From the NCBI GenBank assembly GCA_964187785.1, contig OZ076409.1, positions 84,322,001-84,386,000 of the forward strand: DNA of 64,000 bases. The letters are read 5' to 3'. The translations under genes and the position numbers were made by a program. Source of the stretch: Amphiscolops sp. MND2022. Its lineage: Eukaryota. Numbering within the stretch: position 1 is the stretch's first letter; each line of letters opens with the position of its first letter. Positions 12,801-25,294 of this stretch are shown one piece after another. The notes under the pieces were generated by a model. It did not search any database and had not been told where the DNA came from. It saw nothing but the letters and a program-made list of their open reading frames with translations.

Positions 12801-15800
12801 TTCTTCATCCCCCAACGGTTGACCGAATTGCTCTCCTTTCCCGAGTTGAAATAATCTTCATTTCAATTTCTCGAAATTAAATTTACCTGGCATTAAATCA
12901 AATAAATGTGAAAGTTGTTCAAAAACGTTTGATTGGTATCTATTGGGCGAGTTGAATGAAGAAGATTCCTTTTAGAGCATAAAACGTAACATCAAAAAGT
13001 TTAACAATTGAGTTACAAAAACATATCTAAGCATTTTTCAACCCGGGTGCTGTCCTAAGGAAGCGTTCTGTTGTCCAGGAAAAGCTCCCTGTTGCTGCTG
13101 AATATGCTCTTCTTGGTACCTCATTTGTTGTCCTTGCTGCCGCTGTTGGGCCCCCATGGACCCGGGCTCGTTGGGAGATGGTTGGGTTTCATACCCTATG
13201 TTTTGTGCATTAGAATGCATTTGAGCCATTCCAATTTGATCAGCCTCTTTGGTACTGCCAGCCGACTTCATGCCGTCCATATGTGATGGGACGCCAAGAT
13301 CGTCGTACCCATCTTCTTCGCCTTCACCTTCGTTTTCTGTCCCAAATCCGTGACCCTTCATGTTCTGATTCTGCTCATTTCCGGCTTGAAAAAATGCAGA
13401 ACCTTCTTGGTTGTTCATATAATCTATCATCTTTCCTTCTTCATGACCTTCCTCGTCTTCTCCTTCTGCTAAGTGGCTATCAAACTGGTCTTGTCCGAAT
13501 TGTTCAGCTTGTCCGGGTGCAAAACTCTGTTGACCCACGACACCAACTCCACCTTGTTGTTGGTGGTGCTCTTCTTGGTAGGCCATCTGATTTTGCTGCA
13601 TCTCAGCTGCAATGGGCGGACCAACCAAGGAGTCAACTTTAGATGGATGAGATTTTCGACCCATACTTCCTGTAACACTGTTAATCTTAGATCCAGGATG
13701 CGACGGAGGCTTACCTTGTGCAGAAGATCTACTTCCGCGTGATCTACCCGAAGTAAGAGACTGCTTTGGAAAGCTACCTCGGCCTGCAGATCCAGGCTGT
13801 GACCCCGTAGGACCACGAGGGGCAGTATCAGGGGTGGCACCAGGTGCGGCTGGTTGGAAAATACCGTCACCTTCATCTTCACCTTCTTCTTCTTCTGGCC
13901 CAAACGATCCTCCTCCATCATAAGCATTAGGGGCATTCTGAACGTGACCAAACCCTTGGCCTGGTTGAGACTGTTTTGCGGATCCTGGTTCACCTAAACT
14001 TGTTTTGCTCCCCCCAGGTTGCACCTGTTCTTCATGCATTTGTCCTGCAACAGCACCCTGTTGGTTCTGAAATTGTTCCTGGCCCACCTGTTCGTGCATT
14101 CCAGGTTGTTGTTGACCGGCAAGAGACTGACTTCCCTTAGATCCAGTTTTGGATTGGGAAGCTCCGGGGCCACCCGATGCCAGTGAGCCTTTCCCTGATT
14201 CACGTGCCCCTTGAGGTTGAGCTCCTATTTGAGCCCGTGGAGCAGGAGTGGGGAAGGGTCCAGAGGTTCCTGGAAAAGCTCCCTCACCTTCGTCTTCGCC
14301 TTCTTCTTCTTCTGGTCCAAACGATCCTCCACCTTGTTGGTCCTGAAAGTGTTCTTGGCCCACCTGTTCGTGCATTCCAGGTTGTTGTTGACCGGCAAGA
14401 GACTGACTTCCCTTAGATCCAGTTTTGGATTGGGAAGCTCCGGGGCCACCCGATGCCAGTGAGCCTTTCCCTGATTCACGTGCCCCTTGAGGTTGAGCTC
14501 CTATTTGAGCCCGTGGAGCAGGAGTGGGGAAGGGTCCAGAGGTTCCTGGAAAAGCTCCCTCACCTTCGTCTTCGCCTTCTTCTTCTTCTGGTCCAAACGA
14601 TCCTCCACCTTGTTGGTCCTGAAAGTGTTCTTGGCCCACCTGTTCGTGCATTCCAGGTTGTTGTTGACCGGCAAGAGACTGACTTCCCTTAGATCCAGTT
14701 TTGGATTGGGAAGCTCCGGGGCCACCCGATGCCAGTGAGCCTTTCCCTGATTCACGTGCCCCTTGAGGTTGAGCTCCTATTTGAGCCCGTGGAGCAGGAG
14801 TGGGGAAGGGTCCAGAGGTTCCTGGAAAAGCTCCCTCACCTTCGTCTTCGCCTTCTTCTTCTTCTGGTCCAAACGATCCTCCACCTTGTTGGTCCTGAAA
14901 GTGTTCTTGGCCCACCTGTTCGTGCATTCCAGGTTGTTGTTGACCGGCAAGAGACTGACTTCCCTTAGATCCAGTTTTGGATTGGGAAGCTCCGGGGCCA
15001 CCCGATGCCAGTGAGCCTTTCCCTGATTCACGTGCCCCTTGAGGTTGAGCTCCTATTTGAGCCCGTGGAGCAGGAGTGGGAAAGGGTCCAGAGGTTCCTG
15101 GAAAAACTCCTTCACCTTCATCTTCGCCTTCTTCTTCTTCTGGCCCAAACGATCCTCCCCCATCATAAGCATTAGGGCCATCTTGAACGTGATCAAACCC
15201 TTGGCCTGGTTGAGACTGCTTTGCGGATCCTGGTTCACCCAAACTTGCTTTGCTCCCTCCAGGTTGCACCTGTTCTTCATGCATTTGTCCTGCAACAGCA
15301 CCCTGTTGGTGCTGAAATTGTTCTTGGCCCACCTGTCTTTGCATTCCAGGCTGTTGTTGACCTGCAAACGACTGACCTCCATCTTCGCCTTCCTCTTCTT
15401 CCACTTGATTGTAAAGATCCTGATTTTTCATGCTTCCCGCCTGTTGATGTCCCATATAGGGCTGACTGGCTCTAGATGAGGTCTTGGTGGGTGCGAATTT
15501 TTGACTCCCTTGGCTTTGGCGTGCACCTCGACCCACCCCAGAACCTCCGGATTTGATGGAACCCGGCTGAGCCCCGGAACCCATAGAAGGTCTCGAAGGT
15601 CTCCCAGCTGAGCCACGAGAACCACGAGAGGAAGGAGTTTGACCCTTCGGACCACCGTGAGCATTATTTTGGAAGTCCGATTGACCTGTCATTCCAAAAT
15701 GGTCATCTCCTTCGTCAAACTCGCCTTCTTCGGCGCCATCCATGGGTCCGTTTGGTGCCCATTGATCGGACATACCTGTTTGAGCATTAACCATACCTCC

Positions 15801-18800
15801 CGGTTGTTGTCCATGTTGGTCCATTATTCCGTTTCCAGGGTAAAATTCTTCTTCCTCCTCTTCCTCTTGTTGGTCCAGAGGCTCCCCATTTGGGCCCATT
15901 CCATCCCAGTTTTGATCGCGTCCCAATTGGTTTTCATATTGATCATGATGCGCATCTTGATTTTGTTGATTCCATTGCTGATTTAGACCTTGTCCTTCCT
16001 GCTGATGAAATTCTCCTTCGCGACCTTCCTGGTCATGAAATTCTCCTTCGCGACCTTCCTGGTCTTGAAATTCTCCTTCGTGACCTTCCTGGTCATGAAA
16101 TTCTCCTTCGTGACCTTCCTGGTCTTGAAATTCTCCTTCGTGACCTTCCTGGTCTTGAAATTCTCCTTCGTGACCTTCCTGGTCATAAAATTCTCCTTCG
16201 TGACCTTGCTGGTCAAACTGCTGATTCTTATAATTCTGACCCGTCATGTGCTGGTCTTGACCCTGTTCGTTCCACTGCTCATTATATGCCTGGTCATTCG
16301 GAATGTTGTCATTATCAAGAGCCGGAAAATTCTGATCTTGATTTATATTTGTTTCGAAGTTTTCCTCTTGATTCAAATTCGCTTCAGCAAAGTTCTGGTT
16401 CAAGATATTATTTCCTTCTTCATCTTGAAACGCTTCGTTCATACTGAGAGGTGAAACCCTCGGTTCTGAATCTTCACTTCCCCACCGCATGACTTTTCCC
16501 TCTTCGTGGTTTGGTCCTGTAAATCGGGCATGCATCATTGTAACCCCTTTACTGGTGTTTCGTGTGCAATACGTTCATTTTTAACCCATCATATTTGCAA
16601 CAAGTATTCAAAAAATTGAGTAGAAAATTGAAAGGTTTATCGATTCAAAATTTTGTCGAGTATTTTGGCTTATTTCATTTAATTTATTTCAGGTTTTTCA
16701 CACAACTGAAACTAAAGATATTGATTTTCGGAATATTCAAATAATAAAACGACATTCGCTTGTCATTGAACTTTTTTTCGACACCCTTGGTGAGAAAAAA
16801 TCTTTTCCTACCGAGATGCTGTGATAGTATTGCTTTTTAAAAAAAATCATGGAAGAGCTTACATGATTTTTGCATAAAATTGATTCCTTAGTAGACTCCT
16901 GCAAGTACTCCTTTTTTAAGGATATTGTGACATCTTTGGAGGATTGCATTTCCTTACAAGATTCTCACTCGAAGAGCATGATGTAGTGGTTAGAGCTCTC
17001 GACTTGCATTGGAGGAGGTAACATGTAGAAAGATCTCTCAACTCACTATCGTTGGGCCTTCAGCAAGTCCTTCATAACTAACACAGCAGTATGGCCGTGA
17101 CAAAAAGTAACGTATTCGGCGAAGAAAAGCAAAATACAAGACGCCCGCTGACCAGCAGGATATTTTCCGTCCAAACTGTTCACGCAATGACATATTTTTG
17201 AGACACAAGAGTAGCCATTACACTATGGAAACGCTTAGAGGTTTGATGGAAAAAGGTTTGACACTTTTTGAATAAAGTTATGCCATTTCAGAAGGAAACA
17301 CTTTAAGAAGACACCAAACACCTATTTGTTTTTTGTCGGATTGTGTGTAACCTAACCAATCAAACTTTCTTTAAATTTGCGTGAAAGTCCCAAAAATGTC
17401 AAAAATAGTAGATTTTTGCTTTTCGACAACTTTGCGGTCATTTGGGGAACTTTTATAAGAAACTGTAGATGTCTTTTCAAAAACACTTTTTGGATAACGG
17501 GTCCACTCATTCTTTGATTACAAAATTGCTCGAAACGTTTACATAACAGTATATCAACAATCCAAAAAAACGGATTTTCGCTAAAGTTCAAATCATTCTG
17601 ACGAACTTTTTGCATACATAATTGTAGATTTCTTTTTTGGACATTCTGCACGCCTACTCAAAAAATTTAGACATTTAGAATATTACGAAATTATGTTAAC
17701 TTTTAATAGAAATTCACCAATTTGTCAAACAACTGCCAAAACTTTTTTCGACTATTTTGGGGCCATTTTGAGGCTCTTTTCTAACGTGAAACTGCAACTC
17801 AGCTGCAAAAAATATCCAAGTGAATATTTTTGAGAATGTTACGAAATTTTGCTAACTTTCAACATAAATTCACTAATTGGTCAAACAACTGCCAATACTT
17901 TTTTCGACTATTTTGGGGTCATTTTGAGGCTCTTTTCTAACGTGAAACTGCAAGTCACCTGCAGTATAAAACAGTGATTTTCTCATCAGAAACCAAACTA
18001 CATACCTGATTCTATCACATCGGAATGTTCCGAACCATTTAATTTACCAATTTTTCTCGAAAATGATACTCAAATAACATGAAGAACCTACCTAAAGTGG
18101 ATTTTTTAGGAATTTTCGACAATTTTTGTGTCAAAAGCCTAATATTTTTATCAGAAACTGGCACATATCCCATCAAAATGCTTAAAGGAGAACGCCTTCA
18201 GTTGTTGTTGAACCGTTTCAGAGTTTTGATCCATGGAACGTTTAAAGGTTTTACAAAAGTTGCGTTGGAAAATACAAAAATGTAAAAAAAGTAAGTTTTG
18301 TTGACTATTTCGTGGTCCTTGTTGCATTTTTTCTCAAAACTGCATTTATCTCCGCAAACAACCCTATTCGTTCGCTGTTGATCGTATTCAACGTTTTAAT
18401 CCACGAAATCTCTGAAAATTTGACAAAAGTTGCATAATTGGTTGAAAAATTGGTACCCTTTGAAGTTTCCGTCGTTTTTGGTCGCAAATTGTGCGTTTTT
18501 TTTCAGTAGAAAACTTTTTCTACTTCTTACGAGCCACTCTGACAACGAATTTGTTCCTTGTTGAAGATCTTTAGTTTTCTAAGCCACCAAGTTTTTCGAA
18601 AGGTACACAAAAACTGCATAAAGTTTTCAAAAACCTAAGTTTTTCGGTATTTTTGTCAATTTCGGTCTGAATTTGTTGCATTTTTCCAGCATAAATTGCA
18701 TTAACCTCTTCAAAAAATTCCCTCAGACAACGAATTGTTTCCTTGTTGAACGTCTGTGAGATTCTAAGCCACTAAGTCTTTAGGAAAACACATTAAAAAA

Positions 18801-21354
18801 TTGAATAAACTTTTCAAAAATCTGAACTTTTCAGTTTTTTTGTCAGTTTTGGTGTGAATTTGATGCATTTTTCCAGCACAAATTGCTTTTTCCTCTTCAA
18901 AGAAGACTTCCGGACAACGATGTTTTCCTTGTTGAACGTCTTTGACATTCTAAGCCACCAAGTCTATGCAAAAAAAAGACAAAAATTGCATAAAATTTTC
19001 AAAAATCTGAATTTTCAAGTATTTATGTCAATTTCGGTCTAAATTTGATGCATATTTTCTAGCAGAAATTGCTTTTATATCTTCAAAGAAGCCTCTCGGG
19101 CAACGAATGTTTTCCTTTTTGAACGTCTTTTTGACATTCTAAGCCAGCAAGTCATTCGAAAAATTGACAAAAATTGCATCAAATTTTCAAAAATCTGAAG
19201 TTTCTGGGATTTTTGTCATTTTCGGTCTGAACTTGAGGCATTTTTACAAATCAAATTGCATTTATAATTTCGACGACGCCTCTTGGACAACAAAACTTTT
19301 CCTTGTTGACTGTTTTTAACTTTCTAAGCTAGCAAGTGTATCAAAAATTTGACAAAAAGTGAATAAAAACGGTAATAATCCGAATTTTTTGGATATTTTT
19401 TTCCATTTCGATCGCAATTGGAGGCATTTTCTCTTTAGAAAGTTGCAGTTATTTCTTTGAAAAAGCCTCTTGGATAACGAAATTTTTCTCTTTCAACATT
19501 CAAAGCCACGAAATATATCCAAAATCTAACAAAATTTGTTTTTACATTTTCGGGTCTTTTTGGGCCATTCTGGGGTCTTCGAGGTCAACCAAAAAAGTCC
19601 AAAAATCTCCACAAATACATACTGCATGATGCTAATTTTACATCAGCCGAGTTTTATGGGTGAAACCCTTTAGATTTGATATAAATTAATTCTTGGCAAA
19701 ATTTGTAAAAAAACCGTTTGATTTAAATATTTTCCTTTTCCATATGAAATATGGACGGAAAATAAAAAAGAGCAACGGTGTACAGTCAGACGTTTGTCAC
19801 CTTGAGTTTGTCACATTGAAACCACAGCTTCAAGCCGACCATTGCTTGAATATGCTAAAAGGCGCTGACTTAAACAAGCAGCGCCGCTTATTTGGCATCC
19901 AACCAACCCGCAGGATCGGGGAAATGAAATTGATAATTTTTCTTATATTTCATTTATGAACTTGCAACATCTTTCAAAAATTGTGTCTAGATAAAGAAAT
20001 GGATCTTGTTTGCTAATGCCCCCCAGCCTACTGGCAAAAAAGTTATCTGTCCCCCAAAATTTCATCACAGAATATCCACCTACGCAGGAATAAATTACTT
20101 CCCATATTAAAGCGTATTGCTCGCATGTTTGCGCGATGTTGTGAACAGAAACTAGTAGTCATGTCAGAACGCATGAGTCAGCTTCGTTTCACACTTGTGT
20201 GAACAAGACAAAGCTATCATTGATTCTAAAAAGACGTTTTTTACTTACGCTGCATAAATAACTTGAGCTTCAAAAACTTTTCGTCACTTCTGAAAAAATG
20301 GCCACCTCGTAAAATGGTTCGGTCCGAAATGATTACCGAAACAATAACTACCTATCAATTTTTACACTGAAAATACGAAATCTTTTTTGGGGGGGAGGGG
20401 GGTGGGTGCAATAAATCCGTGGGGGCATTAGCAAACAAGATCCAAAGAAATTTGCAAGGTCCTTGCAATGTTTGCAATTCTGTTCGACAAAGACAGTTTT
20501 CTTCATTAGGTGGTCCATGCCCTACCAGTGAATCCAAAATCCAGAGATCCTCTCTCACTGCAGCTGAACATGAGCTGTTTCCTTTCGGCTCCCTCTCCTA
20601 TAGGTAACCCATTAGGACCCTCTTCTCCGACAGAGCCCCCATCCTGACTGGGAGTCTTCGACATCTCAAACCCAACTTGCACCTTGCCTCCTTTTTTATA
20701 CTCAATCTGGATGGTTTTTTCTTGGATATACTCAACCCTTCAAGTGTGTTCAATACTTCAAGTTATATAGAAAAAAGATGCATTGGAATTCAGTGCCGAA
20801 CAAACACGTTATCATGTAAAAATTGCTAGTTATGACTGTAGTTGATTTTGTTAAAAACAGTGGGGGAGGGAAGATTTATCAAAACTTACCGAAACCTAGT
20901 TTCATTGATAAGACACTATTCAATGATGTGATATAAAACTAGTTGAAGGAACAAAGTCTCCGCTACTTGGAAAAAGAACTATTCACGCGAATGGTGGCAG
21001 TAAAGTTCACATTAAGGGATGCGAGACCAAAAATATTCCAGATCTTTTGAAGTTCAATCCAGACTACAAGATCTTAAGGTTCCAAATTTACAAATAATCC
21101 GTTACTTAAATAATGAGCGAGCTGTCTGATTGGGTTCTTTTCTGTCCCCCACCACCTAAATTTTCAAAAAATTTCACGGTGGGAGGGGGGACAAAAAAGA
21201 GCCTCTGATTGAACATCACTTCGTACCTCCGGATCTTTTTCTTGGCAACGGGAGCGGGAATTTCATCGATGGAGGGCTCTTCCGGGGTCACTTGAGACTT
21301 GTCCCGCTGCATGGAGGTTTTTGAAGATTTTGTGGAGCTGAAACTTTTCCTCAT
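6828..21354 (-). CDS. Large low-complexity (Q/G/E/S/P-rich), probably intrinsically disordered protein, ~2,601 aa; exons 21227-21354, 20526-20737, 13043-16516, 9867-12835, 8422-8611, 7636-7921, 6828-7374
   Basis: Long ORFs (1166, 1026, 95, 190 aa) plus two small upstream exons join in frame at GT-AG junctions: CGG AG|gtacga..ttgaag|G GTT; ACT G|gtaggg..ttacag|GA CCA; CCG G|gttgaa..ggaaag|GA GAG; ACA|gttata..ttttag|TCG; AAA G|gttgag..ctacag|AA ATG; CTA GA|gtaagt..catcag|C AAA. Exon lengths sum to 7806 nt. The exon 4/5 donor and whether exon 7 is terminal are less certain. Confidence 0.75.
12260..12605 (-). repeat. Coding duplication (~183-bp period) of MKSAGSTKEADQFGIAEMQSQAQDVAHES...GGYVTPLDSLPSTRDSK; a third diverged copy lies near 13190-13300
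   Basis: Direct repeat visible in both the DNA and the translation. Confidence 0.9.
14060..15150 (-). repeat. Coding tandem repeat, 276-bp (92-aa) unit, ~4 copies, inner copies near-identical
   Basis: Unit GGGSFGPEEEEGEDEGEGAFPGTSGPFPTPAPRAQIGAQPQGARESGKGSLASGGPGASQSKTGSKGSQSLAGQQQPGMHEQVGQEHFQDQQ; identical shadow ORFs recur at 14177/14453/14729 (period 276). Confidence 0.95.
16005..16215 (-). repeat. Coding minisatellite, 30-bp (10-aa, F[QHY]DQEG[HR]EGE) unit, ~7 copies
   Basis: ttctccttcg(t/c)gaccttcctggtc(a/t)tgaaa repeats every 30 bp. Confidence 0.95.
16972..17105 (+). mobile_element. Degenerate tRNA-derived SINE-like fragment in an intron
   Basis: tRNA-like head tgtagtggttagagctctcgact (A-box-like) followed by gggccttcagcaagtccttc, which resembles the ccttgagcaag core of many SINE2 elements. 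No clear B-box. Confidence 0.4.
18350..19770. repeat. Diverged ~186-bp tandem array within a larger AT-rich intronic element (extends left to ~17350)
   Basis: Motif gacaacga...ccttgttgaac recurs at ~18541, 18726, 18913, 19100, 19286, 19474. Confidence 0.75.
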
Positions 21355-21959
21355 TTTCGTGGTCGCTTTGGGTTCTCCTGATTTTCAACTACATCGCTAT
21401 TAAGTGCACGTGAGATTTTAAACAATAGTACAAATCATACAAATCAATTTCACCAGTATTTCTCAATTAGATGTTACATTATGTAAGCCCATTCAACATG
21501 AGTCACCTAAAACACATTCTTGAAAATTGTTACGCTACTCTCATTGAGATTTATTTTAATGCTAAAAACTAATGAAAGTTACGAAAGATTTTTTTAATAT
21601 ACCGTTACACGTTCTCAGCCCTGAACACTTAGGTACTAGAAACAATAGTTCTTCCACTAATCAGACCATTGGGTTCTTTTCTGTTACCCCCTCCCACCAT
21701 CACGAAAAGTTTTTGTATGGAAATTTCTAACTGGCCTGAGCAATTGTGAAATTTTTTCCACTACCGGAACTAGCTCAATTTCAACTGCTAATTTTCTGCA
21801 CCAATAAATCACATAAAAGTATGTCAATAATTCTGCCGGGTCCTCGAATATTTCCCCACAGGTAACGCAACTATATGTACATAAGACCTGTACAACCAAC
21901 CATGTGGCCAATGCAGGAACATGGGACAACGATGGTGACAATGATAATGGGAGACATCC

Positions 21960-22025
21960 CATCAGCGACAACAACAACACAACAACGACACAGCAACAAC
22001 AATAACAACAACATTAACAACAATA
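21960..22025. repeat. Imperfect (CAA)n microsatellite
   Basis: acaacaacacaacaacgacacagcaacaacaataacaacaac. Confidence 0.7.
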
Positions 22026-22077
22026 TCATGTGTGTGAGAGCTAAGTTAGTCGCTGGAAGTTGACCCCTAACTAAATT

Positions 22078-22612
22078 GAACAAGCCGAGAACGGCCAAAG
22101 TTGGCGCTATATCTAAGGCTCAAAATTGTAAAAGGAGGACCCTTCGGGCTTTATGAAATTCCAGCTGGTTGCAAAATAAGAAAAAAAATGAAGGGGACTT
22201 GAGAAAACTTCCAAAAAAATTTTTAAAATGATTTTTTTTGTACAGTGTCACAGTGCCAAAAAATGTAAAAGGGGGAGCCTTTGGGATTTTTTGACATCCA
22301 TTGTGTTGCAAAATATCGAAACAAATGAAGGGTGGACCCTTTGGTGTAATCCAAATAGTTTCAAAAAAAGTCGCATAGTGCCGAAAAAAAGTGGGGCTAT
22401 ACGGGATCCTTAGTGTGATTTCGAGGTTCTGGACGCCTGTTTTGTTCCTTCTTTTCGTTTTGGACGCGCTTTTGAGGTTCGAGTTGTTGAGGTTCGAAGT
22501 TGTTGAGGTTTGACATTATTGAACATATGAACAAAAAAGTGGACCTTACGCGTCTGAAAAACTATCCACTGTAACTTTCGGGCACATTTTCTACTGAAAT
22601 GCGCCGACTAAA
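22078..22612. repeat. Second copy of the same dispersed repeat family, opposite orientation
   Basis: Starts aacaagccgagaacggccaaagttggcgctatatctaaggctcaaaa, the reverse complement of the end at 1695-1741. Confidence 0.7.
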
Positions 22613-22649
22613 AACAGTTTGTTGTTGACATTTATTTGCAAATAGAAAT

Positions 22650-23425
22650 CCCAGCGATCGAAGACATGGTACGCTTGCCAAGAACCATGGTAGATCGCTA
22701 GCTAGCCTTGCCAAGATCTTACCATGATCTTACCAAGATCTTGCCAAGGATACCATGATTCTGCAAGATCGTGCCATGTTTTACCATGATCTTGGCAACG
22801 ATGCCAAGATTAACCATGTTCTTGACAAGGGTTCCATGGTAGCAAATCTGTTTTTTTTGGTAACTCTAATTTTATAATTCTATTTATTTTTATTGCATCG
22901 GTTTCTATTGCATTCCGCAACTTCAGTAATTTCAACACGTTACCTCAATAGGTGAGGTATTAGCAAGATTAACAAACCATAGCTAGAAACGTTGGTTTTC
23001 ACACAGTTATCGCAAACCCGCAAGTTGCAATAACTTGATTCGAAGTTTGCTTTGTATGATAATTTATGATAGGAGTAACGATGCCGTGCTCTCAAGTAAC
23101 AAAACTCGGTCAATAGGTACAGCAAATTATTGAGAAGTGTTGTATACTTTTCAGTTTTAAAAACTTTTTTTTCGATAAATAAAAGTTATGTCCGAAGTTA
23201 TCACAACGACTTGTTCAGAAATTGGTGAGGACAAGCATTTTTTTGAAAAGAATAAATTATACAATTATACAGCTCAATGTGTTACCATGGTTATCCTGCC
23301 ATGATCTTGACAAGCGTTCCATGTATCATGATTAGCCATGATCTTGACAAGGTTACCATGGTTAGCCATGATTTAGCAAAATTAACCATAATCTTGGCAA
23401 GCGTAGCGTGTCTTCAATCGCTGGG
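22650..23425. mobile_element. Non-autonomous DNA transposon (MITE), CMC/EnSpm-like, 776 bp
   Basis: TIR CCCAGCGATCGAAGACA...TGTCTTCAATCGCTGGG, 2-bp TSD AT on both sides, subterminal arrays of ccatgatcttg(g/a)caag. Confidence 0.75.
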
Positions 23426-24883
23426 ATAATTGGAAATGAATCTTTGCCAGACGTCAAAATCCCCAAATGTAACATCTGAACGTGAACAATTCCACTTCTG
23501 GCTGTTTACAGTAAACTTTAAGTGTTCGGCTTTTCATGTGTTCTCTGTGTTTTGAGTTTGAGTGTTCGCGAAGAGACTGTAGCTGAATTTGAATTTGAAA
23601 CGTCAAGCGTGTCGGTCCAAATTTAGTCAAAAACAGGTAGCTTAGCTCGTTGACTAATGCCGAAAATCTTTTTCAAGGATGAAAACATAGAACCACTACC
23701 AAGGAAACTTGAAGAAGGGGTGAAAAACATACGAACAAACCGTGGATTTTTACAACCGCTTGAAACCGGTTTTCCTTTTTCGCTCGCTCGGCTGAGCTAT
23801 ATCAAACATACCACAACTGTCAGGGAATATTCCAACGTCAAAAATCTTGGTAAATGCAACAATCTATCTTACAGACACAAAATAATCAATACTCTGAGCT
23901 ACTTCAGCATCGCAATACTGAAAAGCGGGCCACAACGCGTAAATTCCGGATGCATCACTACTCGAACGATATCTTGTAGGCAACACGATCTGCGTATTAC
24001 ACCTCCAAAGTGTTCTATGTTCTATCTTCACACAATAGGCGTTACTTTGCTAGCCCCATACAGTGGGTCGTTCATCTGATGTAGAGAACATTCACACTGC
24101 GCATGTTTTTATTTACACGCTGTTCAGAACGACCATGAAGTCGGCTCACGTTTCAAACATGTTTACAGAACAATCAAATTGTATTTTTCATTCGGTTACT
24201 TTGGTATTTCATTGTGACGAGCGGTTTTATCAACATAAAAACATTTGCCTGCGATGGTAATAGGTACTCAGTGTTGTACAATTGCCATCGGGCCCTGCCT
24301 GGGACAATTCCCCTGGACTGAAAGAAAATTCTTCCATTCATAAACTCCAACCATATAGCCAGCCCTATAACTATTTGCTTGTAATATCAAATTTGCACTT
24401 ATTATGTTGCTTTTCAAGTAAATTAATCTTTACGTTTTGCACACGTAATAATATTACTTAGGAATTGAACATCAAGGCGTACATGCAAAAGAAACGTGTT
24501 CGAATATTTCCTCGCTTGCCGCGGCGGTCATCAAGTCCAAATCGTTATTGATCAATCAGGGGCTTCTACTTTTTAATACCTTTCAAGTGTGCGTACGCAC
24601 TAGTTTAAAAAGGCCGAGTACGGCCTGAGTGCTGCGATATGACAGTTGGGCGTGGTAATTAGCCGGTTACGGCGTTATTCTTACGATATTGAAACAATGC
24701 TATTATAATGCAGTATGCTAATCAATTAATGTGTAGGCCGAATAAGGCCAAGTGCTACTTAAGTGACGGACAGTTAGGACAGTCAGATGAGTACGGTCTT
24801 TCTTCTTTCAATTCAAAATAACGATGCTGAATGATTTGTTGCTACATGATGATTATGTCAAAATGTACTTTTAGTCGAAAAAA

Positions 24884-25294
24884 TTAGTATTCAGGATTCC
24901 CACTTTGAGTGCAACTGGAATATCCCACCTCCCTAAATCTTGAACTAAAAGTGTTGGAACTCTCGTTCCTAGACGGACTAACTTCTTCTAGTTCTTCAGT
25001 GTGGTTTCCACTATTCTCGGTCCTGGACGTCAAGTAACCTTGTTCAGAATTGACGCTTGATAGGTTGTCAACCTTGGACGACAGGCTCTCGATCAATTTT
25101 AATATCTCGCGTTGATTGAGCTCAGTGTCTCTGAGACGCTTGGAAATTTTATTCTCAATTTTATTAGATATGTCTTCAAAATCCCTTTCCGAAAGTACGG
25201 CGTTTTCGTCGTTAATTGAGCTTGCGGTCTCTATGTCGAACTGGCTAGTCGACTGGTCACTCCTCAACTTCCGTTTTTGAGACTTCTCAGGCAT
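24884..25294 (-). other. Duplicate of the Gag N-terminal 114 codons in the 3' LTR, running 22 codons into flanking DNA
   Basis: Identical to Gag 1-114 except R/K at residue 109; diverges exactly at the LTR end (24952). Confidence 0.9.

Noticed and set aside
16005..16215. Regular 30-bp repeats resembling a CRISPR array
   Set aside because: No unique spacers; in-frame coding minisatellite in a eukaryotic gene.
13071..16454. Many overlapping short ORFs, several identical
   Set aside because: Alternative-frame shadows of the repetitive coding exon.
24190..24290. Minus-strand FYVDKTARH, reminiscent of a Penelope GIY-YIG motif
   Set aside because: Too short and surrounded by stops; no RT or terminal repeats to support it.
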